Below are positions 1-7,261 of a DNA stretch of 15,502 nt, in pieces (the first letter of the stretch is position 1; every line of letters starts with the position of its first letter). Origin of the DNA: Candidatus Eiseniibacteriota bacterium (lineage in GTDB: Bacteria; Eisenbacteria; RBG-16-71-46; CAZEPH01); the NCBI GenBank assembly GCA_044229145.1, contig JBGATO010000082.1:1-15502 (forward strand), written 5' to 3'. The translations under genes were made by a program, and so were the position numbers. The notes under the pieces were generated by a model, which was given only the letters and a program-made list of their open reading frames with translations, had not been told where the DNA came from and ran no database searches.

Positions 1-503
1 CCCCCGGTGAGACCGGCGCGCGACTGCCCCGTCATGTCGAATTGGAACGCGTGCACGAGTTCGTGCGCGAAGACGTGATCGGTGTCCTGCAACGGGCCGG
101 CCAGCGGGAGCACGATGCGCCGCTTGAGCGTTTCGGTGACACCGCCGGTGCCCTCGCCGAGATCGCCGGAGATCGCGTTGGTCTGCGAGAAGTGCGGGTG
201 GCTGGCGTAGATGATGAGCGGCTGGCGGCCATGCAGCTGGTGCCGCATGTCCTTGCCGAGCCGCGCGTACCACCGCTCGGCCATCTGGCCCATGCGGTTG
301 GCCATCGGCCGCTCGTCTTCGTAGAAGTAGATGTCGAAGTGCTCGGTCTTCAGCACCTGAAAGTCGAACGCCTGGTACTGGACCTTGTTCCGTCCGAACT
401 CCTGCGCGATGCCCGGCCGGACGGCCGCGGCGAGCACACCCATGGCGCACACGAGCATCGCGAATGCGCGATTCGGTCCTGTCAGCACTCCCAGCCTCCG
501 CAT
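1..503 (-). CDS. Secreted HExxH (peptidase MA-like) protein, N-terminal part; probably the PD40-repeat / Omp85-like barrel family; runs off the left edge
   Basis: Not in the ORF track because there is no stop inside the window. Manual translation from ATG at 503: MRRLGVLTGPNRAFAMLVCAMGVLAAAVRPGIA-QEFGRNKVQYQAFDFQVLKTEHFDIYFY...QPLIIYASHPHFSQTN...GEGTGGVTETLKRRIVLP...DTDHVFAHELVHAFQFD. It has a signal-peptide-like N-terminus, HELVH at 51-65 and GAGGGAG about 10 nt upstream of the ATG. An alternative GTG start at 488 has GGAGG upstream. The downstream architecture is recalled for the FGxNKVQY family and is not visible here. Confidence 0.85.
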   Translation of the reverse strand, partial: MRRLGVLTGPNRAFAMLVCAMGVLAAAVRPGIAQEFGRNKVQYQAFDFQVLKTEHFDIYFYEDERPMANRMGQMAERWYARLGKDMRHQLHGRQPLIIYASHPHFSQTNAISGDLGEGTGGVTETLKRRIVLPLAGPLQDTDHVFAHELVHAFQFDMTGQSRAGLTG

Positions 504-637
504 ACCTGTTCTGCTCCCTCGCTGAGTCTCTCGCGGCGGGGGGACCATCCGCGCACACCGCGCGCCGGGGCGGCGCGTGTCGCGGGGCTGGGGGACGACG
601 CCCGCGCGGGCCGAGGGGATCTCGGTGGTCGGCGTGC

Positions 638-643
638 ATTGTA
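638..643 (-). promoter_or_regulatory. Possible -10 element (TACAAT) for the 1-503 gene
   Basis: TACAAT on the minus strand in an otherwise very GC-rich intergenic gap, about 135 nt upstream of the ATG. No convincing -35 at 17 nt. Confidence 0.3.
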
Positions 644-675
644 CACCGGATGGCGATTTCGCGGAGGGGCTGCGT

Positions 676-1902
676 TCACGCCCCGGCCGCGCCGCGTTCG
701 ACGAGAATGGAGAGGATTCGACGCTGATCGGCGTCCTGCACCGTGAGGGACCACGGGCCGAGTTGGACACGCGCGCCGGGCTTCGGGATTGCTCCGAGGC
801 GCGCGAGCATGTACCCCGCCAGCGTCTCGTATGCTCCCGACGGAATCACCAGCCCGGGAATCCCCGGAATCGTGTCGACCGGCGTGCGGCCGCTCGCCAG
901 CCAGCGGTGCTCGCCGAGATGCTTGACCGGCGCATCGGCGCGGCGCACCGACTCCGGCACCTCGTCCGTGAGTTCCTGCACGAGATCCGACAGGCTCACC
1001 AGCCCGGCGATGCCGCCGTACTCGTCGGTGACCAGCGCCACCGTCTCCTGCGCGTCCGCCAGGCGCCGGAACGCATCCAGCGAGGACACGCTCTCCGGCA
1101 ACACCGGCACCTTCCGCGCCACCTCCCCTGCCCGTCGCCCCGGCGAACGCAACAGGTCGAAGATGTGTACCAACCCGACCGCCGCGTCCACCGTGCCTTC
1201 GTAGACGACGAGCCGGCTGTGCCCCGAGGCCGCGGCGAGCGCCAGTGCCTCGGCGGCCGGCGTGTCCGCCTCCACGCTCACCAGGTCGGTGTGTGGCACC
1301 ATGACCTCGTCGAGCGTCGTGGTGCGCAGGTCGAGCACGCGTTCGAGATCCGGCGTGCCGGCGCGTTCGGCGGCACCGCGGGCCGCGGCTTCCCGCAGCA
1401 ACACCTCGACGTCCGCTCGCGCCAGGAAACCGCGGCGTCCTTCCGGCCGCGCGCCGAGAACCGCGAGTACGGCGGTGGACATCCAGGTCGCCAGTTTGAG
1501 CACCGGCCACAACGCGAAACCCGCCCACCGCAGAAGCAGCGACACCGACGGGAACAACGCGTCGGCGCGTGCCCGGCCGAGGCTCTTGGGAACGACTTCG
1601 CCGAAGATCAGGATCGCCACGGTCTGCGCGAGAGCGGCCAGCCCCGCGGCCTCCGGCCCCCAGCGATGGTCGACCGCGACGGTGACGAGCGCCGAAGTCA
1701 GCACGGTGCACACGGCGGTGCCCGCCAGCGCGGTGCTGAGTGCGGCGCGCGGTTCGGCCAAGACGCTGCGCATGGCGCGGCCACGGCGGTCCGCGCGCTC
1801 GGCACGGCGACGGACGCGGATGCGGTTGGCGCTCACCAGCACCGTCTCGCTTCCGGCGAAGATGCCGACCAGCACCAAGCAGAGGAGCGCGGCAGTGAAC
1901 AT
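676..1902 (-). CDS. CNNM (DUF21) + CBS-pair + CorC_HlyC domain protein (hemolysin/CorB family Mg2+ transport-related)
   Basis: N-terminal TM with FAGSETVLVS, then ILIFGEVVPKSLG, VMVPHTD, GHSRLVVY, LVTDEYGGIAGLVSLSDLVQEL, and a C-terminal YETLAGYMLARLGAIP...RRI CorC_HlyC domain. The ATG directly follows the upstream TAG. Confidence 0.92.
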   Translation of the reverse strand: MFTAALLCLVLVGIFAGSETVLVSANRIRVRRRAERADRRGRAMRSVLAEPRAALSTALAGTAVCTVLTSALVTVAVDHRWGPEAAGLAALAQTVAILIFGEVVPKSLGRARADALFPSVSLLLRWAGFALWPVLKLATWMSTAVLAVLGARPEGRRGFLARADVEVLLREAAARGAAERAGTPDLERVLDLRTTTLDEVMVPHTDLVSVEADTPAAEALALAAASGHSRLVVYEGTVDAAVGLVHIFDLLRSPGRRAGEVARKVPVLPESVSSLDAFRRLADAQETVALVTDEYGGIAGLVSLSDLVQELTDEVPESVRRADAPVKHLGEHRWLASGRTPVDTIPGIPGLVIPSGAYETLAGYMLARLGAIPKPGARVQLGPWSLTVQDADQRRILSILVERGAAGA

Positions 1903-2910
1903 CTACGCGCTCTGTGGCGCCACGGGCAGCGCGCGTGACGCCGCGTGGAGTTCTTCGACCAAGTCGCGCAGCGTGACCAGACCGTGCGGACGCGCCGCGT
2001 CGGTTCCCACCACGAGCACGTAGGTGCGATCGCGCCGCACCATCCGGAAGGCCGTGGGCAGTGGCGTGTCGGGGTCGACGAAGAACACCGGACGTGCCAG
2101 CTCGCGCGCCGTGGAAGGGCGCGTGCGACCGGTGCCGGGCTGCGCGGCGGCAAGCAAGTCGTGCGCACGCACGATGCCCACTACCTCGCCGGCGGCGCCG
2201 AGCACCGGGGCGCGGGTCACGCCGGCCGCCACCAGGCGCGCCAGCGCGCGGCCCGGCTCCCAGGCGCCGGGCACCGTGATGACGCGCGCCCAGGGCTTCA
2301 TCGCCTGGGCCACCACGCGATTCTGCGCCAGGAGCACGCCGAGCAGCAGGTCGCGCTCGCCGCGCGCCAAGATGCCTTCGGCGCGGCCGGCTTCGATAGT
2401 GTCGACGAGCGAATCGTGTCCGGCCTCGTCGTGGCCGCCGTGCGCGCTGCCCCCGGCGCCGAGCGCGCGGGCCAGGTGCGCGAGCACCGTGGCGAGCGGC
2501 GCCAGCAGCGTCTGCGCGGCCCGCAACGGCTCCGCGCTCGCCAGCGCGATGGCCTCGGCGTGATGCACCGCGAGCGTCTTCGGCGTGATGTCGCCGAGCA
2601 CCAAGAGCGCGAAGCTGGTGACCACCGCGTCGGCGACCACCAGCGCGCCGCCCTCGAGGTGGAACACGTGGTGGAAGAGCGCGGCCGCGGCGATGGTCGC
2701 CGCAACCGATCCGGCGGTCGCCAAGATGAGGATGGTGCCGAGGAGTCGAGGCGCGTCATCGAGCAGGCGTGCCAACGTCGCGCCGGGGCGCGATTGGGTG
2801 GCCAGACGCTTCAGTTCGTGGCGGGACAACGAGAAGCAGGCAGTTTCGGCCGCCGACACGCAGGCGATGAGCGCAAGCGCGGCAGCGAGCGCGAGGACTT
2901 CGGGCGACAT
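1903..2910 (-). CDS. CNNM (DUF21) + degenerate CBS-pair protein lacking the CorC_HlyC domain
   Basis: SAAETACFSLS, RLLGTILI, LLVLGDITPKTLA, AMKPW, GVTRAPV, GLVTLRDLVEEL; the protein ends just after the CBS pair. Confidence 0.88.
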   Translation of the reverse strand: MSPEVLALAAALALIACVSAAETACFSLSRHELKRLATQSRPGATLARLLDDAPRLLGTILILATAGSVAATIAAAALFHHVFHLEGGALVVADAVVTSFALLVLGDITPKTLAVHHAEAIALASAEPLRAAQTLLAPLATVLAHLARALGAGGSAHGGHDEAGHDSLVDTIEAGRAEGILARGERDLLLGVLLAQNRVVAQAMKPWARVITVPGAWEPGRALARLVAAGVTRAPVLGAAGEVVGIVRAHDLLAAAQPGTGRTRPSTARELARPVFFVDPDTPLPTAFRMVRRDRTYVLVVGTDAARPHGLVTLRDLVEELHAASRALPVAPQSA

Positions 2911-2913
2911 CGG

Positions 2914-3414
2914 CTAGGCGTCGGGCAGCAGCGGCGGCACCGCGTGCGCCGCCGCGAGGCATACTTTCTCGCGGCGCCGCATCAGCCGCCGCGCCGCCGG
3001 CTCTTCGTCGTCGTGGCCGAGCGAGTGCAGAACGCCGTGCACGACGAGCAGGCGCAATTCGTCGTCCCACGGCCGGTGACGCGCCGCAGCCTGCGCGCGG
3101 GCGCGTTCCAGCGACACGTAGATGTCGCCGACGTGCGGCGCATCCGCCGCGTCGTGGCTGTGCGCGGCGCCCGGCGCGGCGATCTCGAAACTGATGACAT
3201 CGGTGTGACGGTCCTTGCCGAGGTACGCGCGGTTCACCGCGGTGATCTCCGCGTCGTCGACCATCGTCAGGCTGAGCACCATCGGCGGGGCGTCCTCGGC
3301 GGTGAGCGCGGTGGCGATGAGCGCGCGCAGCGCGCGCTTGTCGACGCGCGCCAGACGACGCGCCGCCGGCGTCACCGAGGTTTCGATTTCCCAGCCGCGT
3401 CGCCGCGCACTCAC
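2914..3414 (-). CDS. ybeY: rRNA maturation endoribonuclease YbeY
   Basis: NRAYLGKDRHTDVISF, GDIYVS, ELRLLVVHGVLHSLGHDD. The GTG start overlaps the phoH stop (GTGA), in the classic phoH-ybeY-corC context. Confidence 0.93.
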   Translation of the reverse strand: MSARRRGWEIETSVTPAARRLARVDKRALRALIATALTAEDAPPMVLSLTMVDDAEITAVNRAYLGKDRHTDVISFEIAAPGAAHSHDAADAPHVGDIYVSLERARAQAAARHRPWDDELRLLVVHGVLHSLGHDDEEPAARRLMRRREKVCLAAAHAVPPLLPDA

Positions 3415-4400
3415 GCGCCGCTCCGCTTCTGCTCTTCGCTGCGGTCGTAGTCCTCGAACGCGCGCACCACGTCACGCACCAGCGGGTGCCGCACGACATC
3501 GACTTCGGTCAGGTGGAAGAACTTCACGCCGTTGATGTGTCCGAGGATGCGTTGCGCCTGCGCGAGACCCGACGCGTGCTTGTCCGGCAAGTCGATCTGG
3601 GTGACGTCGCCGGTGATCACCGCGCGCGAGCCGAGACCGAGTCGCGTCAGGAACATCTTCATCTGCGACAGCGTGGCGTTCTGTCCTTCGTCCATGATGA
3701 CGAACGAACCGGCCAGCGTGCGGCCACGCATGAAGGCGATTGGCGCGATTTCGATGACGCCGAGGTCGATCAACCGCCGCGTCTTCTCGAACGGCATCAT
3801 GTCGTGGAGCGCGTCGTAGAGCGGTCGCAAATACGGGTCGACCTTGTCCTTGAGATCGCCTGGCAGGAAGCCGAGGCTCTCGCCCGCCTCCACCGCCGGA
3901 CGCACGAGCAGGATGCGGTCGATGCGCTTGGCGCGCAGCAGGTGCAGCGCCATCGCCACCGCGAGGTACGTCTTCCCGGTGCCCGCCGGGCCAATCGAGA
4001 ACACGATGTCGTGCGAGAGCAGCGCTTCGAGATACGCCTCCTGCCCCTTCGACTTCGGCTTGATGATCTTCTTGTCGAGATGCAGCGTGGTGCCCATCTG
4101 CGCGGCGGCGGCGCGATCGCCGGCGCCGGTCAGCTGGCCGTGTTCGAGCCCGAGCAGATACTCGACCTCCGGCGCGCCCACCGGCGCGCCGCTCTTCACC
4201 ATCGTGATGAGTTCGTGCAGCACCGAGGCGGCCCGCCGCACGTCGCTGTCGGTGCCGCGCACCGTCAGCAAGCTGTCGCGCAGGATGATCTCGACCGGCA
4301 GGTGCGATTCGAGGGCGCGCAGCGTCGCGTCGTTCTGGCCGAGCAGGCGCATGGGGTCGAGGTTGGCGATGGAAATGCGTTGCACCAAGGTGTCGGTCAC
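3411..4400 (-). CDS. phoH: PhoH-family ATPase (YbeZ/PhoL-like)
   Basis: Walker A GPAGTGKTYLA, RPAVEAGESLGFLPGD, DPYLRPLYDAL, FMRGRTL, DEGQN, MKMFLTRLG, GDVTQIDLP, DVVRHPLV. GTG start with GAGGA upstream. Confidence 0.96.
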   Translation of the reverse strand: MTDTLVQRISIANLDPMRLLGQNDATLRALESHLPVEIILRDSLLTVRGTDSDVRRAASVLHELITMVKSGAPVGAPEVEYLLGLEHGQLTGAGDRAAAAQMGTTLHLDKKIIKPKSKGQEAYLEALLSHDIVFSIGPAGTGKTYLAVAMALHLLRAKRIDRILLVRPAVEAGESLGFLPGDLKDKVDPYLRPLYDALHDMMPFEKTRRLIDLGVIEIAPIAFMRGRTLAGSFVIMDEGQNATLSQMKMFLTRLGLGSRAVITGDVTQIDLPDKHASGLAQAQRILGHINGVKFFHLTEVDVVRHPLVRDVVRAFEDYDRSEEQKRSGA

Positions 4401-4536
4401 GCGGAGGTCCTCAGGTCGACGTCAAGGATTTCGCACAGCGGGACGGCGTGGCGGGAGGCACGGCGGCGCGGCGACGGCACGGTGGCGAGGTGCGGTGTGG
4501 CGAACATCGAGCGCGTGGGAATCGACCTCCGAGATG

Positions 4537-5226
4537 CTACTTGCGCACGGGCTTCGGCGTGTCGCCGCCGCCGCGCCAAATGACATAGGGCTGGAATGGG
4601 CTCGTCGCGAGCGAGGAAGGCAGGGACTCCAGAGTCGAGCCTTGAGCGGAAGCATCCGAGCCGGAGAGTCGCGGACGGTTGGTCGCGACTGACGGAGCGT
4701 GGTGATTCGCAACGCGCTGCTTCTTCGCCATGACGATTCCCTTTTCCTCCGTGCGGAAACCGACCGCAGCGTAGCACACGATGCTGACGGTCAACAAGAT
4801 GACTGCCGCGCCGATGAGACGGCCCGCGCGGTGAATGCGATATGCCTGCACTGTCGCCGCCGCGAGATTGGCATCGAACGCAGCTGCAAGCGCGGGGAGC
4901 GACGCCAGTTCGAAGGCAAGATCATCCTCTACGTATTCGGATCTCTCCACGAGATCTCGCGGCTTGAGCGGACCGAAGAACCTGCACTGAAACACGGCTT
5001 CGTAGAGCTGCCACGCCCCCACCACGAAAATCGCCATGCTTATCGCCGACGCGGCGAGACACGCGGCAGGTAGCCGAGGGAACTCGAGTGGACGCGCCGC
5101 AGTGGCACCGAGCGCGACAACAAACGCGGCCGACACGATTCCAAGGAGCTGCAGCGCTTGATCGCCCTGATGGACGGAGAGGTCGAGCACACGTTGTAGC
5201 TCGTCGACTGCCCTTGCATATGCCAC
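4537..5226 (-). CDS. Hypothetical three-TM membrane protein with a disordered C-terminal tail; start uncertain (GTG 5226 or GTG 5289)
   Basis: Distal half of track ORF 4537..5988. It has three hydrophobic segments (ALQLLGIVSAAFVVALGATAA; LPAACLAASAISMAIFVVGAW; LIGAAVILLTVSIVCYAAVGF) and fills an otherwise empty gap. It uses more A/T-ending codons than its neighbours. Confidence 0.65.
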   Translation of the reverse strand: MAYARAVDELQRVLDLSVHQGDQALQLLGIVSAAFVVALGATAARPLEFPRLPAACLAASAISMAIFVVGAWQLYEAVFQCRFFGPLKPRDLVERSEYVEDDLAFELASLPALAAAFDANLAAATVQAYRIHRAGRLIGAAVILLTVSIVCYAAVGFRTEEKGIVMAKKQRVANHHAPSVATNRPRLSGSDASAQGSTLESLPSSLATSPFQPYVIWRGGGDTPKPVRK

Positions 5227-5371
5227 GGAGGATCGCTTCCCGCCGTCGCGGGGTGGGCGACGAGGTGGTATGACTGTCTTGTGCCTCACGAATCCGACCA
5301 GCTCCCTGCGACGATACCCTCGTGGACCTGCATCATCGCACAGCGGTCCGACAGTTCGCCGCGCCTCCCGA

Positions 5372-5400
5372 TTGACGCTCTCGCGGCGGCCCCGTATCGT
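5372..5400 (+). promoter_or_regulatory. Sigma70-type promoter (-35 TTGACG, 17-nt spacer, -10 TATCGT)
   Basis: TTGACG at 5372-5377, TATCGT at 5395-5400, ATG at 5410 with no Shine-Dalgarno sequence in between. Confidence 0.6.
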
Positions 5401-5409
5401 CCCCGCCCC

Positions 5410-5934
5410 ATGAGACAACGCTTGCCGCTCCCCGGGGACTTCGACGCGCGCCGCGACACGCCGCCCGGCCAGTATCCGCTGAGCGACGTGTTTCCCGGCA
5501 TCGAGGCCTCGCCCGCGCTCGCGCAGGCCATTCCCGACGCTGCGCAACGCGCCGCGATCCTCATCGAGACGCAGGTCGAAATCGCCAGCGAGAACGTGCA
5601 CTACATGCGCGTCGCCGCGGATGACGGCCGCGTGATGGTCGGTGCGCATTACCTCGCCGACGGCCCGTTGGTCGAACTGTATCTCGACCTGGTGCACGAG
5701 CTGACGCACGTGCGGCAGTTCCACGAAGGCCGCGAGTTGTACGACCGCAGCGTCGCCTACGTCGACCGTCCGACCGAGATCGAGGCGTACGAGGTCGCGG
5801 TGGTCGAGGCGCGGCGCATCGGGTACACCGACGACGAGATCCACCGCTACCTCGACGTGCATTGGGTCACCGAGGAGGAGCGCGTGCGCCTGGCGACGCG
5901 CCTCGGATTGCCGCCGAGCGAGGACGGTGGCTAA
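5410..5934 (+). CDS. Uncharacterised small zincin-like metallopeptidase (HExxH...ExEA)
   Basis: LYLDLVHELTHVRQ (HELTH at 5695-5709) followed 23 residues later by YVDRPTEIEAY. Codon usage is host-like from ATG 5410, and there is no signal peptide or TM. The track start at 5281 is probably too long. Confidence 0.85.
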   Translation: MRQRLPLPGDFDARRDTPPGQYPLSDVFPGIEASPALAQAIPDAAQRAAILIETQVEIASENVHYMRVAADDGRVMVGAHYLADGPLVELYLDLVHELTHVRQFHEGRELYDRSVAYVDRPTEIEAYEVAVVEARRIGYTDDEIHRYLDVHWVTEEERVRLATRLGLPPSEDGG

Positions 5935-7174
5935 GCCAGCGGCCGCCGACGGGCGCGGCTGGCGCACCGCGCCGCCGGCCGTCGTCACGCGGTTCGCCTC
6001 GCGGGCGGAGGCCGAGGCGGCGCGGCCGGCGTTGCGCGCCGCGAGCGAGGCGTTGCGCGCGCGGCTCGATCGTCACGCGACGCTCGACGCGGCTCTGCGC
6101 GACGTCGACACGATCGCCGAGGCCGAGCGTCTGCTGCGCGCGGTGCGCGTGCTCGACGCCGCCCCGCCTGCGCCACCCCGCGACGCCGCAACACTGCGCG
6201 TGGTGCATTGGAACATCGAACACGGCAATCGCTTCGACGCCATCCTGCGCGCCCTGCGGGAACGGCCGGATCTGCGAGACGCGGACGTCGTCTCGCTGAA
6301 TGAAGTCGACCTCGGGATGGCGCGTGCCGGCAATCGCGATGTCGCGTTCGAACTCGCGGACGCGCTGGGACTGCACGCCGCCTGGGCGCCAATGTTCCAC
6401 GAACTCACGCACGGCCGCCACGACGATGGACTCTTCGCCCGCGGCGCGAATCAGGAAGGCTACTTCGGACTCGCGTTACTTTCGCGGTTCCCGCTTGGCG
6501 AGGTGCGGCTGGTGGCACTGCCGTCCTTCGAGACGTTCGGGTTCGACGTGCAGCGGATGTACGGACGGCACTGCGCGCTGATCGCGGAGATTCTCGACCC
6601 GCGCGGCGCGTTCTGGTTCGTCACCACGCATCTCAACGTGCACGGATCGCCGCCGGACCGCGACGCGCAGATGCGCATCGTCCTCGACGCTCTCGGCGAC
6701 GACGGCCGGCCCGCCATTCTCTGCGGCGACTTCAACACGACGACGTTCTGGCGGCGCTCGTTCCTCGATGGCCTCGGCGGGCTGGCGGCGATCGCGCTCA
6801 CACCCCGCGCCGGGTTGCGCCAGCGCCTCACCCGCCCGGACTTGCCGGCCGCCGCGCCGCGCGAGCCGCTGTTCGCCGCGCTGCGCGCCGCCGGCTTCGC
6901 GTGGGAGTCGTGCGTCGATTTCGCGTGGAGCCTCATGCTGCGCTTCGACCGGCTCAACGAGGTCGATGCGATTCCGGCGCCACTGCGGGCGCCATTGCTC
7001 GCGGCGCTGCGGGCGTTGTCGCGCCGCGCGCTCTTGCGGCTCGACTGGATCGCCACGCGCGGGTTCGACGCCGGGCGCGGCGCCGTCACCGTCCCCGAGC
7101 TCGACCGTGGCCCGGACGAAGCGAGCGATCACCTGCCGATCGCGGCGGCGTTCCCCATCGCCGGACAGCGCTGA
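5927..7174 (+). CDS. Endonuclease/exonuclease/phosphatase (EEP) family protein
   Basis: Full motif set: VVHWNIE, SLNEVD, GLALLSRFP, TTHLN, CGDFN, LDWI, SDHLPI. The GTG start overlaps the upstream gene by 8 nt. Confidence 0.92.
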   Translation: MAKPAAADGRGWRTAPPAVVTRFASRAEAEAARPALRAASEALRARLDRHATLDAALRDVDTIAEAERLLRAVRVLDAAPPAPPRDAATLRVVHWNIEHGNRFDAILRALRERPDLRDADVVSLNEVDLGMARAGNRDVAFELADALGLHAAWAPMFHELTHGRHDDGLFARGANQEGYFGLALLSRFPLGEVRLVALPSFETFGFDVQRMYGRHCALIAEILDPRGAFWFVTTHLNVHGSPPDRDAQMRIVLDALGDDGRPAILCGDFNTTTFWRRSFLDGLGGLAAIALTPRAGLRQRLTRPDLPAAAPREPLFAALRAAGFAWESCVDFAWSLMLRFDRLNEVDAIPAPLRAPLLAALRALSRRALLRLDWIATRGFDAGRGAVTVPELDRGPDEASDHLPIAAAFPIAGQR

Positions 7175-7184
7175 TCTGCCGAGC

Positions 7185-7214
7185 TTGACCGTGGCGGGCA
7201 CGAGCGCGGAGAAT
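7185..7214 (+). promoter_or_regulatory. Possible sigma70 promoter for the secreted-protein gene
   Basis: TTGACC at 7185-7190, 18-nt spacer, GAGAAT at 7209-7214; GGGAG ribosome-binding site just before GTG 7262. Confidence 0.3.
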
Positions 7215-7261
7215 CAGGGGCGCCCACATCCTGTCCCCCACACCCTAGCCCGGGAGTCCCC

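Noticed and set aside
42..746. 234-aa plus-strand ORF
   Set aside because: Antisense shadow of the real minus-strand HExxH gene at 1-503.
577..3450. Plus-strand ORFs 577..1938 and 1945..3450
   Set aside because: Antisense shadows of the CNNM genes and ybeY.
4401..4536. Intergenic gap upstream of phoH checked for tRNA, ncRNA or att site; TTGACG at 4420-4425 on the minus strand
   Set aside because: No cloverleaf, T-loop or repeat matching the other end of the block was found, and the hexamer is too close to the start codon to be a -35 element.
4699..5073. 124-aa plus-strand ORF in the low-GC segment
   Set aside because: No motifs or clear RBS; the opposite strand gives a coherent three-TM protein. 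It cannot be fully excluded.
5290..5988. N-terminal half of the 483-aa minus-strand ORF 4537..5988
   Set aside because: It lies antisense to the well-supported zincin gene and its promoter; only the distal TM-containing part is taken as a gene.
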